Positions 14,361 through 27,900 of a stretch of 64,000 bases of DNA are shown here, in pieces. Below the pieces are notes generated by a model, which saw nothing but the letters and a program-made list of their open reading frames with translations, was not told the origin of the DNA and made no database searches. The translations under genes were made by a program, and so were the position numbers. Source of the DNA: Raillietiella orientalis (taxonomy: Eukaryota). The stretch lies in the NCBI GenBank assembly GCA_036172245.1, contig JAYWIR010000058.1:372001-436000 (forward strand). Direction: 5' to 3'. Within the stretch, counting starts at the first letter, position 1, and every line of letters starts with the position of its first letter.

Positions 14361-17300
14361 AGGATCGGAACTGCATCAAGACGGTTGCAAAGAGAGCCGC
14401 GATCTCCTGCTTCCTCCCAGAGCCTCTAAGCCTCCTCCTCGGCTTCGGCTGGCTGGCTGCGGCCAAAGAACGACGGCTGCCGCTCCCCATCCCCTCCTCC
14501 CTGGCAATAGCCAACTCCAGTGGTCGCGCCCTCTCGAGGAGGCGAAGAGCAAACACGCGCCGCCGAGGTGATCGGCAGACAATTAGCGCTCGCGTCCCGG
14601 GAATTCCCGCCGCGTGACAGGAATCACGCCGATCGCAAAGACGTGGCAGCAGCCGCGCGCCCCTTCCCAGAGGGGTTGGAGCGTCGCCGCTTTCAGTGGC
14701 GTGCTTTTAGTCTAGCGGAAAGAGAGGAGGGTCGGAAGGCGGCTGGCGAACAATCGGGGCGGGTTGCGACAACTCTCGCACGCGACTGAGGGTCCCTTCC
14801 GAGCCGGCGGGCAGACAGCGCACCTCGCCGGGTAGCGCGCATCCGGCAGGATAGTGACCTTGGACGGAGCGATATAGATCCTTCCCGGGGGATCTCCTCC
14901 TGGCCTCGCGGAACCCTGAATCGGTGACTCTGCGGTAGCACGTGCGCGCGCGCGAGGGAGGTGTCGAGACGTTGACGGGCCCTGTTTGCGCGCGCGCTAA
15001 AGGGGACTCCGCTTGTAGGTTTCCATGACGGCTGGCAAACAAGCAGAGGGCAGGGACGGAACATCGGCCCCGTGAGAATCTCTCTCGTCCCCATCCCTTT
15101 TATTTTTATTTTTTTTAGTACCTGCAAATCACGTTGGGGCCGTGCTCACGCGCCAATGTCGCCGATTTCTTCGGAGGCGGAGCAGCTCAGCCAGCATCTC
15201 TGCGCAGTCGAGCATCTGGGAAGAGTCCCCGCGGCGGTTGCATGCTCCCTGGACCTTCCCAGGAGGCTGCTTTTGTGCTTCAGGGAGACCAGGTCGAAGT
15301 GCCTAAAGAGTGCCGACCCGGTGGAGCTGTCGACTGTTAAGAGTTGCTCGCCTCCTGGTTGGAGGCTGAAGGGGGAGCCGACGCTTCGACAACCAGCGTC
15401 TCTGCACAGCTCCAGCAGCAGCAGCAGAGTGCCTTCAAGGTTCGATCCGTCGCGATGCCGAGACGACGGCGGCGACCATCTGCCGTTTGCTCGAAGACAG
15501 TCAGGGAGTTGCTTCGGGCTGCCCTCTCGCGTCCGTCAGGTGCTCCTGGATGCAAGAGTCGCCCTCCTCCCTAACCCAGCCTCGTCGTAAGACACCATGC
15601 CTCTACTACAGAGTGGCAGCCTTTTTTTCGGATTCATGCCGGAGACTTGTACCTCCTTCCCTGCATGACCCGATGCCATCGCAAAGAGCGCGCCTGAGCT
15701 TGCGCTTCCGCCGCGAGCGTGAGCGAGGGCCCAGCAGGGGTTCACCGAAAGAAGAAAGAAAGGATGGGGGGCTGCCTCTCTTTCCCTCCATCGCCGACGT
15801 CTATGGTCCTCCCTCCAGATCCCAAGGGCTGTGGCAACAGAAGTCGGCTCTCCGGTGCTACCTCGGGTCTCTTCTCGGGCTGCAGCGCGCCCTCGTGGAG
15901 TCTGCTTTAGAGGGAGAGCATTCCTGGCATCTCCAAACCTCCTAGCATCCACCTTCAGCGACGGCCTGCCTGGAGCTGCAACCGTAGCCGCTGCAGTCAT
16001 CCTCGTTTCTGTGACTCCCGACATCTTCTGGGAGTTCGCTCACCACAGAAATCCTCAAGCCTTCTTGGTGATCCTCCAGTCGGGTCGCCGCCTCTTGGTA
16101 ACATGTGCTCTCCGAAGCTCCGTTGGGAGAAAGGACATGTTCCCGCTGCTGATTTCCGGATGGACCTGAAATCCAACTGACAGCGATCGGAGACAGATGA
16201 TGACCTTTCAGAAGATTCCATCCAGGATGCATGCCAACGGCACGGAATCGCAGCGAGAAGGCGTCAAAGCTCCGTTACTGGGTGGACAACCGAGGCGGAA
16301 GGAGGTTGTCCAATAGTAAGGAGGTGTCCCTTGCTGGGGACGGGGCCTTGTCGGGCAAATGTTTGAAGGCTTCGCGGATCCGGATGGTCCGCCGGATTGC
16401 CGCTGCCGGGCAACCCTGATGCTTTTGGTCGCGGTCTTTTTGTGGCGATTTTATCGTGCAGGTCTGCGCTCGGTCGTTCCTGGCCGGTGCGTCGTCCAGT
16501 TGTGTTGAACTGTATCTTGGCATCAGCTTACTCAGCTGGCAACGTCATCCATAAGAGTCACGCGCATACCAAATCACCGCGGGTGATACTTGCACCTGCT
16601 CTTTGGTCGACTACACCAGGAACGCGACGCTTAGAGATGCTGGCAGCCACGGGGAAATCCACCAGCCCTGAGGCATTGCCCCCTATCCCAGAGCTTGTGT
16701 TGTGCTCTGTGAACTCTGCAACTCTTTGGTTGTTCAGGCTCCGTCGCTTTTGAGTTCCGCTGTCCCCTTGCAGGTCAGCGGGGATGAGGCTTTTACTCCA
16801 GTCGAAAGCATGCCACTGTGACTCGTTGTGACCAAACCTTCCATTTTCCCGAACAAGGAAAAAGAGTACTACAGATGGATTACTTTTTTCACTGTCCTCT
16901 CACCTCCTGGCTCAGATCCTTTGCTGCCTGCTCCCGTGTCAAACTCTGGCATGAAGCACACAGGGATGAAGACCCATGATGAACTGATTTCCGAATGGTT
17001 TCGGCAATTGCAAAGTGCCAAGGGTGCATTTATAGGTTGCAGATTGCATGAGGAAGTGAAAGAGAAGATCTTTTCGCAGCTTGAGAGCTTTCCTTGATGT
17101 CACCAGCTTCTCTGCTTTAACGAGCTCAGTTCCCGGTCACTCGCTTCCGTTTCGGGGTCGGGACATATCGATCTCTAACCATATGAATTTTCATCTAAAT
17201 TTATCTTAAATAAAAGAATTCTAGGATAAGCACGCGTCGGAGGCTTTGTGGTTAAGGCTTCCGCGTGTGGCACCATGCGTCACGGGTTCGAATACTGCGT

Positions 17301-19722
17301 CAGAAACTGACGCCACTGCGTCGTTGGGTTCCGAGTTTCTCCTGCAATGGCGCTGGTTGGCCGAGACATTCGGGCGAAGCACCGGGGGTTTAAGCCGGGA
17401 GGCCCATGAAGAAGGCCAGAACTCCAGAAGAGTGCAAGGAATCCCCCTGCGGGAAGCTGCAGCGCCCCTTCTGAATTTCTGAAGCATCCCTTCGGGTTCT
17501 CTCCAGAGGAGTGAACAGGCTTCCCTTGTGGGTTCCCTCCGGAGAAGAAATTCCTACACCGAAGTGCCGAAAAAGTACCATCTACGGGGATCATCGAATG
17601 GATTCAATCGGATCGACGTTGCTTCGTTGGGATGCAAGCAGAAGTCACATTTGAACCAAGAGGAAGAGGAGCACTTCGATTTGCTCGTTTTGTTGAGGAG
17701 ACAAACGAAAGCCGTTTTTTCCATCTGGAGAGTTGCCATCCAGAATCCTCATGCTTGCTAGATTCAATGGAGCAAAGAGCAGCCTCAGGTTGCTTCCTTC
17801 CGCTGCTGTGGAACTCAGAACCGAACACTAGAGCAGCAGATTCTGTCTCTTGTTGTTGCACTTGCAAGAACTCCAAGTCGAATGCTGGAGATGGATCAAT
17901 GCCTCACGGAGCTGTCGAAAGCGAGATCTCCAGCAGCCATCTCCTCGTTCGGGATACCCATTGCGCCCGCAAGAGACCACATCCGCAGGAAAAAGGCACG
18001 CCACTTGTGTTGCGCAGCGTCCTCCTGCTTCTCTTTCTCTTTCCGAAAGAGATGTTTCATAAAGGCAGCGTCTTTTGGGTAGTGAAGAGCACGGAAAATT
18101 TTTGGCTACAGACGCTGACTGCCTGTTGCTGTTGTTTCTTTCAAGCATCCCACTAAGGCTCCCAGTCGATGATCTTGGGACCACCGTCACCGCCATTCAA
18201 CCTCTTTTCTTCCTCTGGTTTGAGGGCAACCCGAGGTGCTTCCGAGAAGCTCAGGTCCGCCGGAGGACGAGAAATGCTGCTCCCTCGCAGTCGACCGCGT
18301 GCCGAAGAATATCACTCACGGGAAGACGCTAATGTTGATTCCACTAATGGGCTCTCGGCTACGGCCTGCGAAAGTGGATCTGCACTTCTGGTTTCTCCAG
18401 AGTCCGGTATCGCGACGCGGAGCCAGTAGATCTTTTAGATGCATTCGGGATCTCACCGCAGGGCCATTCGGAGAAGTTCTTTCACTCTCTTCACCTCTAA
18501 GAGTGAAAATGAGCACGCAGGAGTCCGTAGAAGGATGGCAGCAAGAATTCCGAACTGCGGCGCGTTTCAGAAAGAGAGACTTGTCGCCTAAGAGCCATCC
18601 CAGCACCTTCTCTGTCTTCCGGAGTTGGCTAACTTCAGCTTTCCTGTTCAGGTCAGTTAGCACTGGCTGGAATCTTGGATCCTGAGGAATCCTGAGAAAC
18701 TGTCAGCTAAACTTCTGCATCAGTTCCTTTCTCGAGAGGCTTTTTCGTCTGCCACCATTATTCCAATGCCATGTTGCATCCGCAGCACCTAAAGGCCCAC
18801 AGTTCGCTGGAGCTACAGCATCTCCAATGGGAAGCCATCTGCATCACTATTTCTTTCATAAAGAAGGCTTTCAGGTGGCCCAACATGAAAAAGGAAGTCA
18901 AAACCAAGGAGATCGCCAACGCCTTGCAGAGGCTGTAAGTAGGAGAAGCGATTCCGACATTCCCAATCCCCTGCCCACCTGTTGTTTATTTATTTATTTA
19001 CTCTCTTACGCAAGACGATGCACCCTCTTACTCAATGCTCCTAACAGTTTTTGCAGTTGACCTGTGAGTCGGAAAACCTTACCGACTGAACTTTTTGTGT
19101 GTGTGTGTTCTTTTTTTGGAAGCACAAGGAGCTATGTTTCTACTACAATTTCTTGTTTTATTTTTTTTTATAAATAAACGCCCCGGTGTGACCGGGTTAA
19201 AAACCTTTCGGAGACAGCCACTTCTCCTCCTCCTCCTCGTTTACTGACGAAGGACCGGTCCACGGCGGATGTTCAAGAGGATGTAGCTTCGAGTTTGCTG
19301 CTGGCAATTTCCGCTGCTGCGCCGTCTCTGCATGGTTGAATTTCGAGGTTACGCAGGATCAAAGGTGGGTGCATCGTCATGCGTTTCATAGGTCAGTGCT
19401 TGTCGAATGGTGTCGTGACCTGCGATTCTCGTTGCAATGCTGGACGCTGGAAGACATCACCATGTTTCCAAGCAGACGGGGAAGTTGGAGCTCTCGCACA
19501 AAATCTCCGTCCGTCCTTGAGAAACAACAGCATCTCGACGAGGATCTTGCAAAAGACGTTTAAATTCCTGAGAGCTCCAGCCAGCTCGTGGTTCTTCGCG
19601 CGCCTCCTGAAATGCTTCCGGTGTGTTTTAGGGTAACTAGCACAAGTCTACTACTGATGATGCCCTTCCATTTCCGCTTCCTTTCCAAGGATGAGATCAG
19701 GTCGCAGTGACTTCATGTAGGG

Positions 19723-20187
19723 CAGGTGTGTCAAACTCATTTCAACCCCGGGCCATTTAATGCGACTGGTAAGATTCACGCGGGCCACATGACATTTACA
19801 AATTCTCTTAAATATAAAAAATAGGGGTTTAATATAAATTTTAAGAATTCAAACTTCAACTACTTACATTTTTTTAAAATAGTTATAAAAGAAACACAAC
19901 CCACAAATCTTTGGCACACCGATCGAGACAAAGAAACTAGCGCAAATGTCTTTCATTAAAATTCGTTAAATCAACCAAAACTCGGGTTATATTTAGCGCT
20001 GCATTCGGACTTTGTCTCCCACGGTTGACCAGTGCATCATAGCATATGACAGCAGCGACGCGACGGCTACTTGCTATTTTCTTCGCAACATATTCTGGTT
20101 TTTCATTTTATTTCAAAGCATCGCGGGCCACATAAAATCACATCGAGGGCCGCATACGGCCCGCGAGCCACCAGTTTAACACCCCTG
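19723..20187. mobile_element. Non-autonomous hAT (Charlie-like) DNA transposon / MITE, 465 bp
   Basis: TIRs CAGGTGTGTCAAACT...AGTTTAACACCCCTG. Flanking 8-bp TSD ATGTAGGG (19715-19722) / ATGTAGAG (20188-20195), 7/8 identical with central TA. Subterminal GCGGGCCA/GGCCCGC motifs and an AT-rich interior. Confidence 0.9.
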
Positions 20188-20379
20188 ATGTAGAGCATCC
20201 CTTCGCTGCCGGCCAGGATCTTTCATCAACAGTGCGTCGTGTGCTTGATGTGGTGGACAAGGCGTCGTGGTGTGCAGTTGCACGTGTCACCCGCAGTGAT
20301 TTGGGATGTGCGAGGCGTTTTGTTCCATTTCCTGTGCCGACGGCAAGAACGAATGACCCTCCGTCTGTTTTCTAACTGC

Positions 20380-21215
20380 TCCTCAGATAGACTGATGGCT
20401 CTCGGCATCCATGTATTTGCAGTTCCTTGTGGAGTGGTCAGTCCCTACTGATCAGGAAATCGCTGGTGGTCCAGTGCTGTCGAACGCTGCAGGTCCAGTC
20501 CTTTCTCTGATCAGGGCGTTCCAAACTTAGAGACTGGGGCTCCTCTTTGCGTTGGATGCTGCAAGAGCTGACTGGCACGGTGCTGCGGCTGACAATTTCC
20601 TTGGAAAGGAGATGGTTTGCCTTATTTTCGACTCGGCTCAAGGAATTCTCAAGGTTCTCCAGATACAGGCAACCATTCGCGGTTCCGTGCATCTGAGAAT
20701 TCGGGGCGAAGCTCTTCGAGCTCAGCACCCTCACCCCTCCTGTGAGGATGCAGCGCGATCGGTCCCTCGGCATGCCGTTGCAGGAGACTTGCCACGCCTT
20801 GAGTGGTCTTTTAAAGCTTCAAGGCATGAGGATGCGTCGACACGGGCTGAAGGTTTTTCGAAGCGGACAGAAAGGGTGGATGTTCGACGGGAAGGTCTGC
20901 TGCTTCCGATTTACTAGATTCCCAAGGAACCTCCGCCACAGGTCTCAAGAAGAGGAGTTTTTTGACTCTCAATGTGGAATGGATGGATCTCCTGCAGAGT
21001 GGGTTGATTAACTGGGAAAAGGAACTCGTCAGGACAAGAAAAGCGAGGAGGAAACAAAAATATTTTTTTGGCAAGATCTGGACCCTGGAGCCAAGACGTA
21101 GGGCAGCGTGTGCTTCCAGCCCTTTCTCTTCGTCTCCGAAGGCACCCGTCTCGAGAACTTTCACCAAGGATACCCGATCATCCATGCAACCTTCGCGGCG
21201 CCACTTTGCATTTCA
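20380..21215 (-). pseudogene. Possible highly decayed (receptor) tyrosine kinase domain
   Basis: Collinear remnants: L*NAKW...DRVSLVKVLETGAFG (subdomain I, about 21140), SFA..Q...ANGCLYLE......SR...ANHLLS (VIa/VIb, about 20700-20610), SDFLISRD (VII, about 20450), TWMP (VIII, about 20405). The catalytic HRD and DFG motifs are lost. Confidence 0.35.
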
Positions 21216-21751
21216 GAGTAAGCGATATCCAGCGGTGGAAATCCAAGTGGAGATCTCGTAAGCGTATCGAAGGGTGAGGAGGAAAAACTCTTGTCCTTGT
21301 CGAGGAGAGAGGCGGACGACTGCCAGTATCCGTTCGAAGTAATTTCTATCCTCCCTGGAGCCGAAAGACAAATGCAGGTCCCATGATGTCTTGGCGGACT
21401 TAAGCGCTGACGCTACATCCGGCAACACTTCCGCAAATGAGATTGCAGGAGTGCAAGATACCCGCAATGAGACTGCATTTGAGGGATAGTCCAGTTGGAA
21501 ATTCCAGTAGATTTCCTTGCTTCCATGCAGCGTCCAAAGGTGCGTGCTACCTCAGGATGAGCAGCGACAACCCAAGAGCGAAGGAAACTCAGATCGTCAC
21601 TGGGATCCAGAGACTCCAGAAAGCCAACCACAGCGACCTGGACGCATCAAAGCACTCCAGAACACATTGCCCACGTTGCGTAGGACGCGCCGGAGAATTC
21701 ATGAAGTCTGAAGTCCCATTCAATACTAACATTTCAAAAAAAGGAGAACGT

Positions 21752-21992
21752 TACCTAACCTAACCTAACCTTCCCTAAACTAACCTCATGTACCCAGACT
21801 GACCTACCTTATTCTATCTAATCTGCCTGATCCAACATAAACTAACTTAACCTAAACGACCTATCTAAACCTATCTAATTTAACTCAACCTACCTCACTT
21901 GCTCTAGCCTGAACCAACCTCCCCTAAACCAACTCAATCCACCCTATCTAACCTAACCAATCCTACCTCAATCTTCCTCAAGATAACCTAAC
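21752..21992 (-). repeat. Degenerate (TTAGG)n/(CCTAA)n tract (interstitial telomere-like microsatellite)
   Basis: Starts ACCTAACCTAACCTAACC and continues as variant CCTAA/CCTAC/TCTAA/CTCAA pentamers for about 240 bp. Confidence 0.8.
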
Positions 21993-24900
21993 GTCACCGA
22001 CTCTCAGATCCGCTAGGACAGAAAGATGGGCACGGTCAAGGAGAATGGAGAATAACGAAAGGAAAGTAAATAAAAAGGGATGTGATGGAGGTTGCTTCCT
22101 GACCATGATGCATCTTTTGCGATGCAGGCGGCGTTCTCCTTCGCTCTCTGTCGCAGATTGAAGCCATTTCTATCTACGCTCTCCATCAAGCGGAGTGCGT
22201 GGTCCCCCATCTTTGCTGGTGCGCCTCCGTCGTCTAGAGTCTGCAACAGCAGTCCTCTTGATACCAACAAGGGACTGCCATCGAAGAAACCTATCGCGAA
22301 AGCAGCATCGGAAAAACAGCTCCTTTGGGGTCTTCGAGAAGATGATAAGTAGCCAAGCTGCTTCCAGGCGCTTCTAGCCGCTCCAGAAAGCATCCTGGCT
22401 CGACTTCTGTGCACGTGACGCACTTGGGGTGTGCTCCTTCCTCTTGTCCAAAGGTCTCCTTGCACAGGAGACTCTGGTAAAAGATCATCATCCCATGTCC
22501 TGGCGTCCCGAAGAGAGCCGAGAAGTGAGGCTACCTCGCTCTTTTGAGCTTGCGTAGGACGGGCACCTGGAGACTGCCACTCGAACGGAGCGCTCGAACT
22601 GGAAGAAGCTCAGCGGCGACTTTCCTCTTCTTTACGAGATAGCCGCTTCTCTGACGGAGGTCTTTGGGGATCGAGCACTGAGCCTCTCCTCCTTCATCGG
22701 TCCAGAATACTCCTAGGATGGAGTACCCCGAGAGCCATGGAAGACTACCCTCACCCCCGCGGCGGCGTTTCCAGATCAAATGAATATGGATGGGGTGTTT
22801 TCTGATGCCAGCAGTGAGAATGTCTTTGCTGAGAGGTCTTGGAGCCATGAACAAGGTCAACGGCCTCCTCCAAGACCGTCCGAGGTCGGTGGGGCGATTC
22901 CCCAGAGAATGGACACGTCGGAGCGCGGGGGGAGCTTCCGTGGCGAGCGGCGTACTTTGCTGGCCATGGCACCCGAGTGACCTGCAGACGCACGGCGGTT
23001 TCCCCAGGAAGAATGCGACCGCGGAAACGAGACCTGGTTCGCTAGCTCGGCGTGCAACCTGGAAAGCGAACGTGGGTTGGCTGGGGTCGCACCGTCTCTC
23101 GGAGCGACTCTTAGTCAGACGAGTCCTTCAATGATACCCCTGACCTCGTAGTTTTCCTTTCTAGGTGGACTCTGGTCCAGTCTGCGGCTCCTTGAGCCTA
23201 CTGGCGCCGCCTGCATGACGTGGAGCGAGGCAGCTGCCTGGTCTTCGACCAGCCGGCGTCTGCCTCATGCTTTTCAAACCTCAAAGGCTGCGGCACTCTC
23301 GCGGACATGCCGAGGGACGCGACTTCCCAGTGGAGCGGGACAAGACGACGGACCTGCCTGGAGGGAAGAGGTCTCCTGTTTCTGGCGTGGATCTGCTGTT
23401 CTCTGAACGGATCTCGTGCTTCTCCTAGAGGCAGCAGGCTGGCGTAGCCGGGGCAACGTCCTCCTCCCTTGCTGATGGCACATAGTGGGGATCCGCCGCA
23501 GCGCGGAAGGAGGGAACCAGGAAACGACATGTGGGGCCCCCTCTCTGGCATGCTCCTTCTATTCCGTCTTCTTCCCGATCCCTGGTCATCGACTCGCTGC
23601 GGAGTCCGGGGTCACGGGAAACGCACATGAGCTAAGAGAAGGTGGAGGCTGCGGGTCGAGGATATGGAGGGATGAATCTCCCCTTCTGACAGCGAGGCAA
23701 CAAACAACCACTAAGAGCTTGGGGTGGCCGCTTGTAGTGGGCAAAAAAGTGAGACGCCGATGGGAAGCCGCCAACTCTTCCTGTGGGAGGACGTCCTCAA
23801 AGTGCCCGCTTCTCCCGCGCCACGAGGAGAATACAAGACTCTCCAGGCGGCCGTGAGCTTCCCCAGCCTTCCCGCATCCTCCCCATGAAACGCGTACGCG
23901 GGCCTCTTCTCTCTTCCTCTTGCTGGGAAGAAGGCGGCTGGCGAAGGTACTTGAAGGAATTCCCCCGGAACGACCCGGTTCTGCTTTTCCTGTCTCGTCC
24001 ACCCTTTCCCACTTTCCCCCTATTCTCTCGAGAAAGAGAAGGAGGGAAAAGAACGCGAGGACCATCCCCTCTTCCTTCCCGGTGCCCACTTGAGGCACCC
24101 GTACTCCTTCTCTCCCTCTCTCCCTCGGATACGCGTGGAGTGGACAGCTCCCCTACTACCTAGGGGAGCTGCCCTCTCCGGCAAGGAGGCCCGGAGGGAG
24201 AGTCAGCCCCTTGTCCCTCCTCTGCCCAGTCGTCGCCGCGCGGGAGGGAGACGGCCGCCCTCACGCGCATGCGTACGCGGCCCCGCCCCGCGCGACGATA
24301 AGAGCGACCGGCTGAGGGCTTCCCCGTCGCAGTCTCCGGGATTCCCGGCTCGTTCCTATGAGATGCTCCCAGCAGGGTTGTGGATGTGCATGGCCGTGCC
24401 CTTCCTACCCCCTCCGCCCAGGCCCGCCGCACGCAGGCCGCCGTTGAGAGGTGAGTGCAAGGGACGATCACCCATCATTCCTACCACCCGCGGAGGGAGG
24501 GGGGAGACGGCAGAGAAGGAGCGGGACGGTGCGACCTCCTTCCCTTCCATGTGCCCCCTCTGACTTCTGACTTCTCTCCCGCCAAGCAGGATGCTGCTCC
24601 GGGGCGTGTCTCCCGGACGTTGCCGCCTCCTTCCGCAGGTGGCTGCCTCGTGGGGACTCTGACGAAGACGACAAGATCGCCGGCTCTAGTGCTGTCAATC
24701 CGGACGGAGCCGGAGGTCAGGAAGAGCGGGTGGGAGGAGAACCGGAAGATCCCATGGTCGGGGAGGAGGAGGAGGAAGGGGGGGAGATCTGTCTCTTCTA
24801 CCGAGGCAGGGGGCACCTCGGCTGGATCCGCCTGAGGCTGCCCCGCAGGTCGCGGCTGTTCTCCCCCTGGCTGAAGGGGTGGCTCGCCAAGGTAAGCAAA

Positions 24901-27900
24901 GGGGCGAGGGTGCGTGCAGTCCCTTGCCATGCGAGTCTTTCCAGGTCACCCCCGTCTGCGCCGTTGTTCTCTGGGAGCTGCTACTACGCGCCCTGGGGGG
25001 TGTTCTGCGCCGCCGCCTCTTCCCCGCAGCTCCGACTGACCCCTCGAACTGACTGACCGCCGCCGCCATTCCTTGAGCCCTCGAGTCCCGGAGAGGGCGC
25101 CTTCGGCAGGGTGTTGCCAGCTCCTCAAAGCTGTTCCTGTGATGAGCCTCGTTGGAGTGTCCCGCTCGCCGGCCACACACTCCTTCCCGATCCAAGAAAT
25201 AAACCAGGGAAGACCGAGAGAGCGAAACGAGAGAGAGTGCAGGGGAGGAAGAAGAAGGAGACCGACAGCCCTTGGTGTGGTGGGGTCCTGGGAACGCTCC
25301 CTCGAAACCGGAAAAGAGCAGTGAAACCAGGGATACCAGCTCAAGGAGAGACTGGGCGCTAGGGGGCTCGTGACCTCGAAGACGACCTTCTCTCCTCTCT
25401 CTCTCTTCCTCTCAAAGGGGAGAGGAAGAGAAGGAGGAGGGGGTCTCGAAAAAGGTTTCACTGGGGAGAGCGGTAGAGCTCCCCCTGCAAAAGAAGACTT
25501 CCTCCGTGGAGGGAGGGACCGCTCTAGGAAGGGAGTACTGCCGGTCAGCTCCGGCCAGACCCTCCCGCGCCCTCACGCCCTTGGGAAACTCCCTTTACAG
25601 TCTGTATCACTTCTGCCAGCCGACGCGGCTGCGGTCGGGACGGGGAAGGGAGGCAACCCTTGCCACCCAAGGTTCGATCAGGGAGGAGGGAGAGGGGGAA
25701 GCAAGGAGGGATCGTGGAGCCTCTGGTCTGCAGGGAAGATCTGCAAGAAGGGTGCTCCTGTTCGCAGGGAGAGCAAAAGGGACGCACGACAGTGAGAGGG
25801 GATCGAGACAGAAAAAAAGCGTTCCCAAAGGGAAGGCCAGGGAGGTGAGGTCTTCCCCGTCTCCGAAGCAGGGAGTCCTCCGCAGGCCCTCTGGATCTCC
25901 TCTTCTCCGTGGGCACTGGGGACGCCGACCGGGAAGAGGGGGAACAGCACACCCAAAGGAGGGAGAGCGCGACGCGGGAAGAGCAGGCTTCCGGAGGGCA
26001 CGCGCGCCGCCGGAATTCCGGGATCGGAGCTCCCCCGCCACCTTCCGCCGTGGAGACGACGATTAATCAGAGGCGGGAGAGACAGGATGGAGCCCGCGGC
26101 GGGACGAGTAGCCCGGCGCGGGGTCGCTCCCTTTGTGAAGGAGAAAAGACCCCTGACCGGAGGGGATTAGCACCCTCCCCCGACGAGTACCTGCGATGAT
26201 TCGGCATAAAAAAAAAATTCTCGAAACCGGGAAACGCGATTGTTCTCTGGGACCATCAATCAACCGGGACGCCTCCTTCCCGGTATGGCCTCGGGAGCCA
26301 GTCCACCGGGAGCGTCGGCCGTAATCCCAGCATTACTCACAGCGCGCGGAAAATCCAGAGGCCAGGCGTCCAGCTCACCCGGTCCACAGCTCTCTGAACG
26401 CCAGTGCCCCTCGCTTTCCTCCTAGCACACCCTCTTCCCTTCCTTTCCCCCCACTTCCCTCTCTTTCTTGGGAGCGAGCTGTCCTGCATCTCAGGAAGGC
26501 GATCCTCACGGTTCTCCCGCACGGACAGGACGTGCAGTCGTTGGAAAGGAGGGGGCACGCGAGAGGCAGAGGGAGAGAGCAACTGGCGATTGGCTGCTCT
26601 TTGTCTAGAGCAGTCACTGCTGAGCTGCTGTTGCCGTGAAGTCCACCCTTCCAGTCACCACCCTTCCCCGCTGCTCTCCCTCGGGCAACCACGATGTCTT
26701 CTTCCCCGGTATTACGTCCTCCAAAGACTGCCCTTTTCACGTCACGCACCGAAGCTCGCAGTCCGTGCATGGAGAAGCTGAGCAGATCCAAACGAGGAGC
26801 CATCTCTGAGCCACCGATCATCGAAGGGAAAGCAGCTGCTTGGCAACGCTCTTGATCGGAGTGAATGGCCATATAGGAAAGATCACTGGATCCCTGTCGA
26901 AGAAAAAACAAAAGGGCTCAGGAAAAACTCCTTTCCAAGAAAACGGAGCTCTCAGTGATATCAGCAAAAGATGGAGACGGCTGGATGAAAAGGCACGCAG
27001 CAAGCAAAGATCCACAGATCTGGAAGTGTTCGTTAGCGTGGAGGCGTGCTGGTACTCACGCGGTAACTCCGAAAACAGTCCGATTTCGGGAGAACCAGTC
27101 CACAGAGGTGGCGTCCTTCGCCACCCCTGCAAGGACAGGCGAATGAAAGCGAGCGGGTCTTTTCCTTGATCATATGTAAGATGCCTCTCGTTTCCCTGGC
27201 AACAGGGATGTTTTCGGGAAAGAGTTGGAATTGAAGAGGCTCAACTAGACACGATTAAAGAATCAATCAGCCAGAATTATAGCCATGTTCCTCTGTCCTT
27301 CAACTCTTTACAAATTGCTCTGGCAGCGATCACAATCGTGGACAGATTAAATGTTTCGTCATGAGTGAGTATCGAGAGTATCTCCAGCCGAGGATAAAAT
27401 GAGTTTCGCAGTAGGAAAGCCAGGAACATCTGTGCACTGAACAGACTATCACTTTAATCCGATTCTCAGTAGTCTCATCCTATTTTTAGATGAATGCATT
27501 CCGTATTGAAATGATGAACAGTCATCATGTGTAAACAGGTGTTGAGTCAACTATCTGACAAGCTGTTCACGGACTCAGCTTCATGTCGCAAGGGCAGATA
27601 ACCAGTTGGTCCACTCTACAGAGGGGGCTATCGATCTCATTCAAGCAGGTGTTAAGCATGCACACCTGTATCGCACAAACTATCGGCAGATATCTTCCCA
27701 TTTTCCTGGAAAATCAAGATCATGGATGAAATGGACTGTCTCGGTTACCATGAGAAGCTAGTTCCCTGGTTTGCACACTTGAATCTTTCCGGAAAAATCT
27801 TTTGTTACCTATTCCTTGTGAGTGTTCCGAAAGAGACAACAATGTTTCTTTAGCCTACTAACGTTGCTAAGATCACAGATTTGGAGCGCATTTGCTAGTT

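Noticed and set aside
22150..22600. Faint resemblance to Polinton-type DNA polymerase B motifs (minus)
   Set aside because: No DTDS or SLYP catalytic motif, and the match is too loose.
26940..27010. SDISKRWRRLDEKAR, resembling an HMG-box helix
   Set aside because: Single short motif. The preceding HMG helix (P.RP.SAY..F) is not recognisable.
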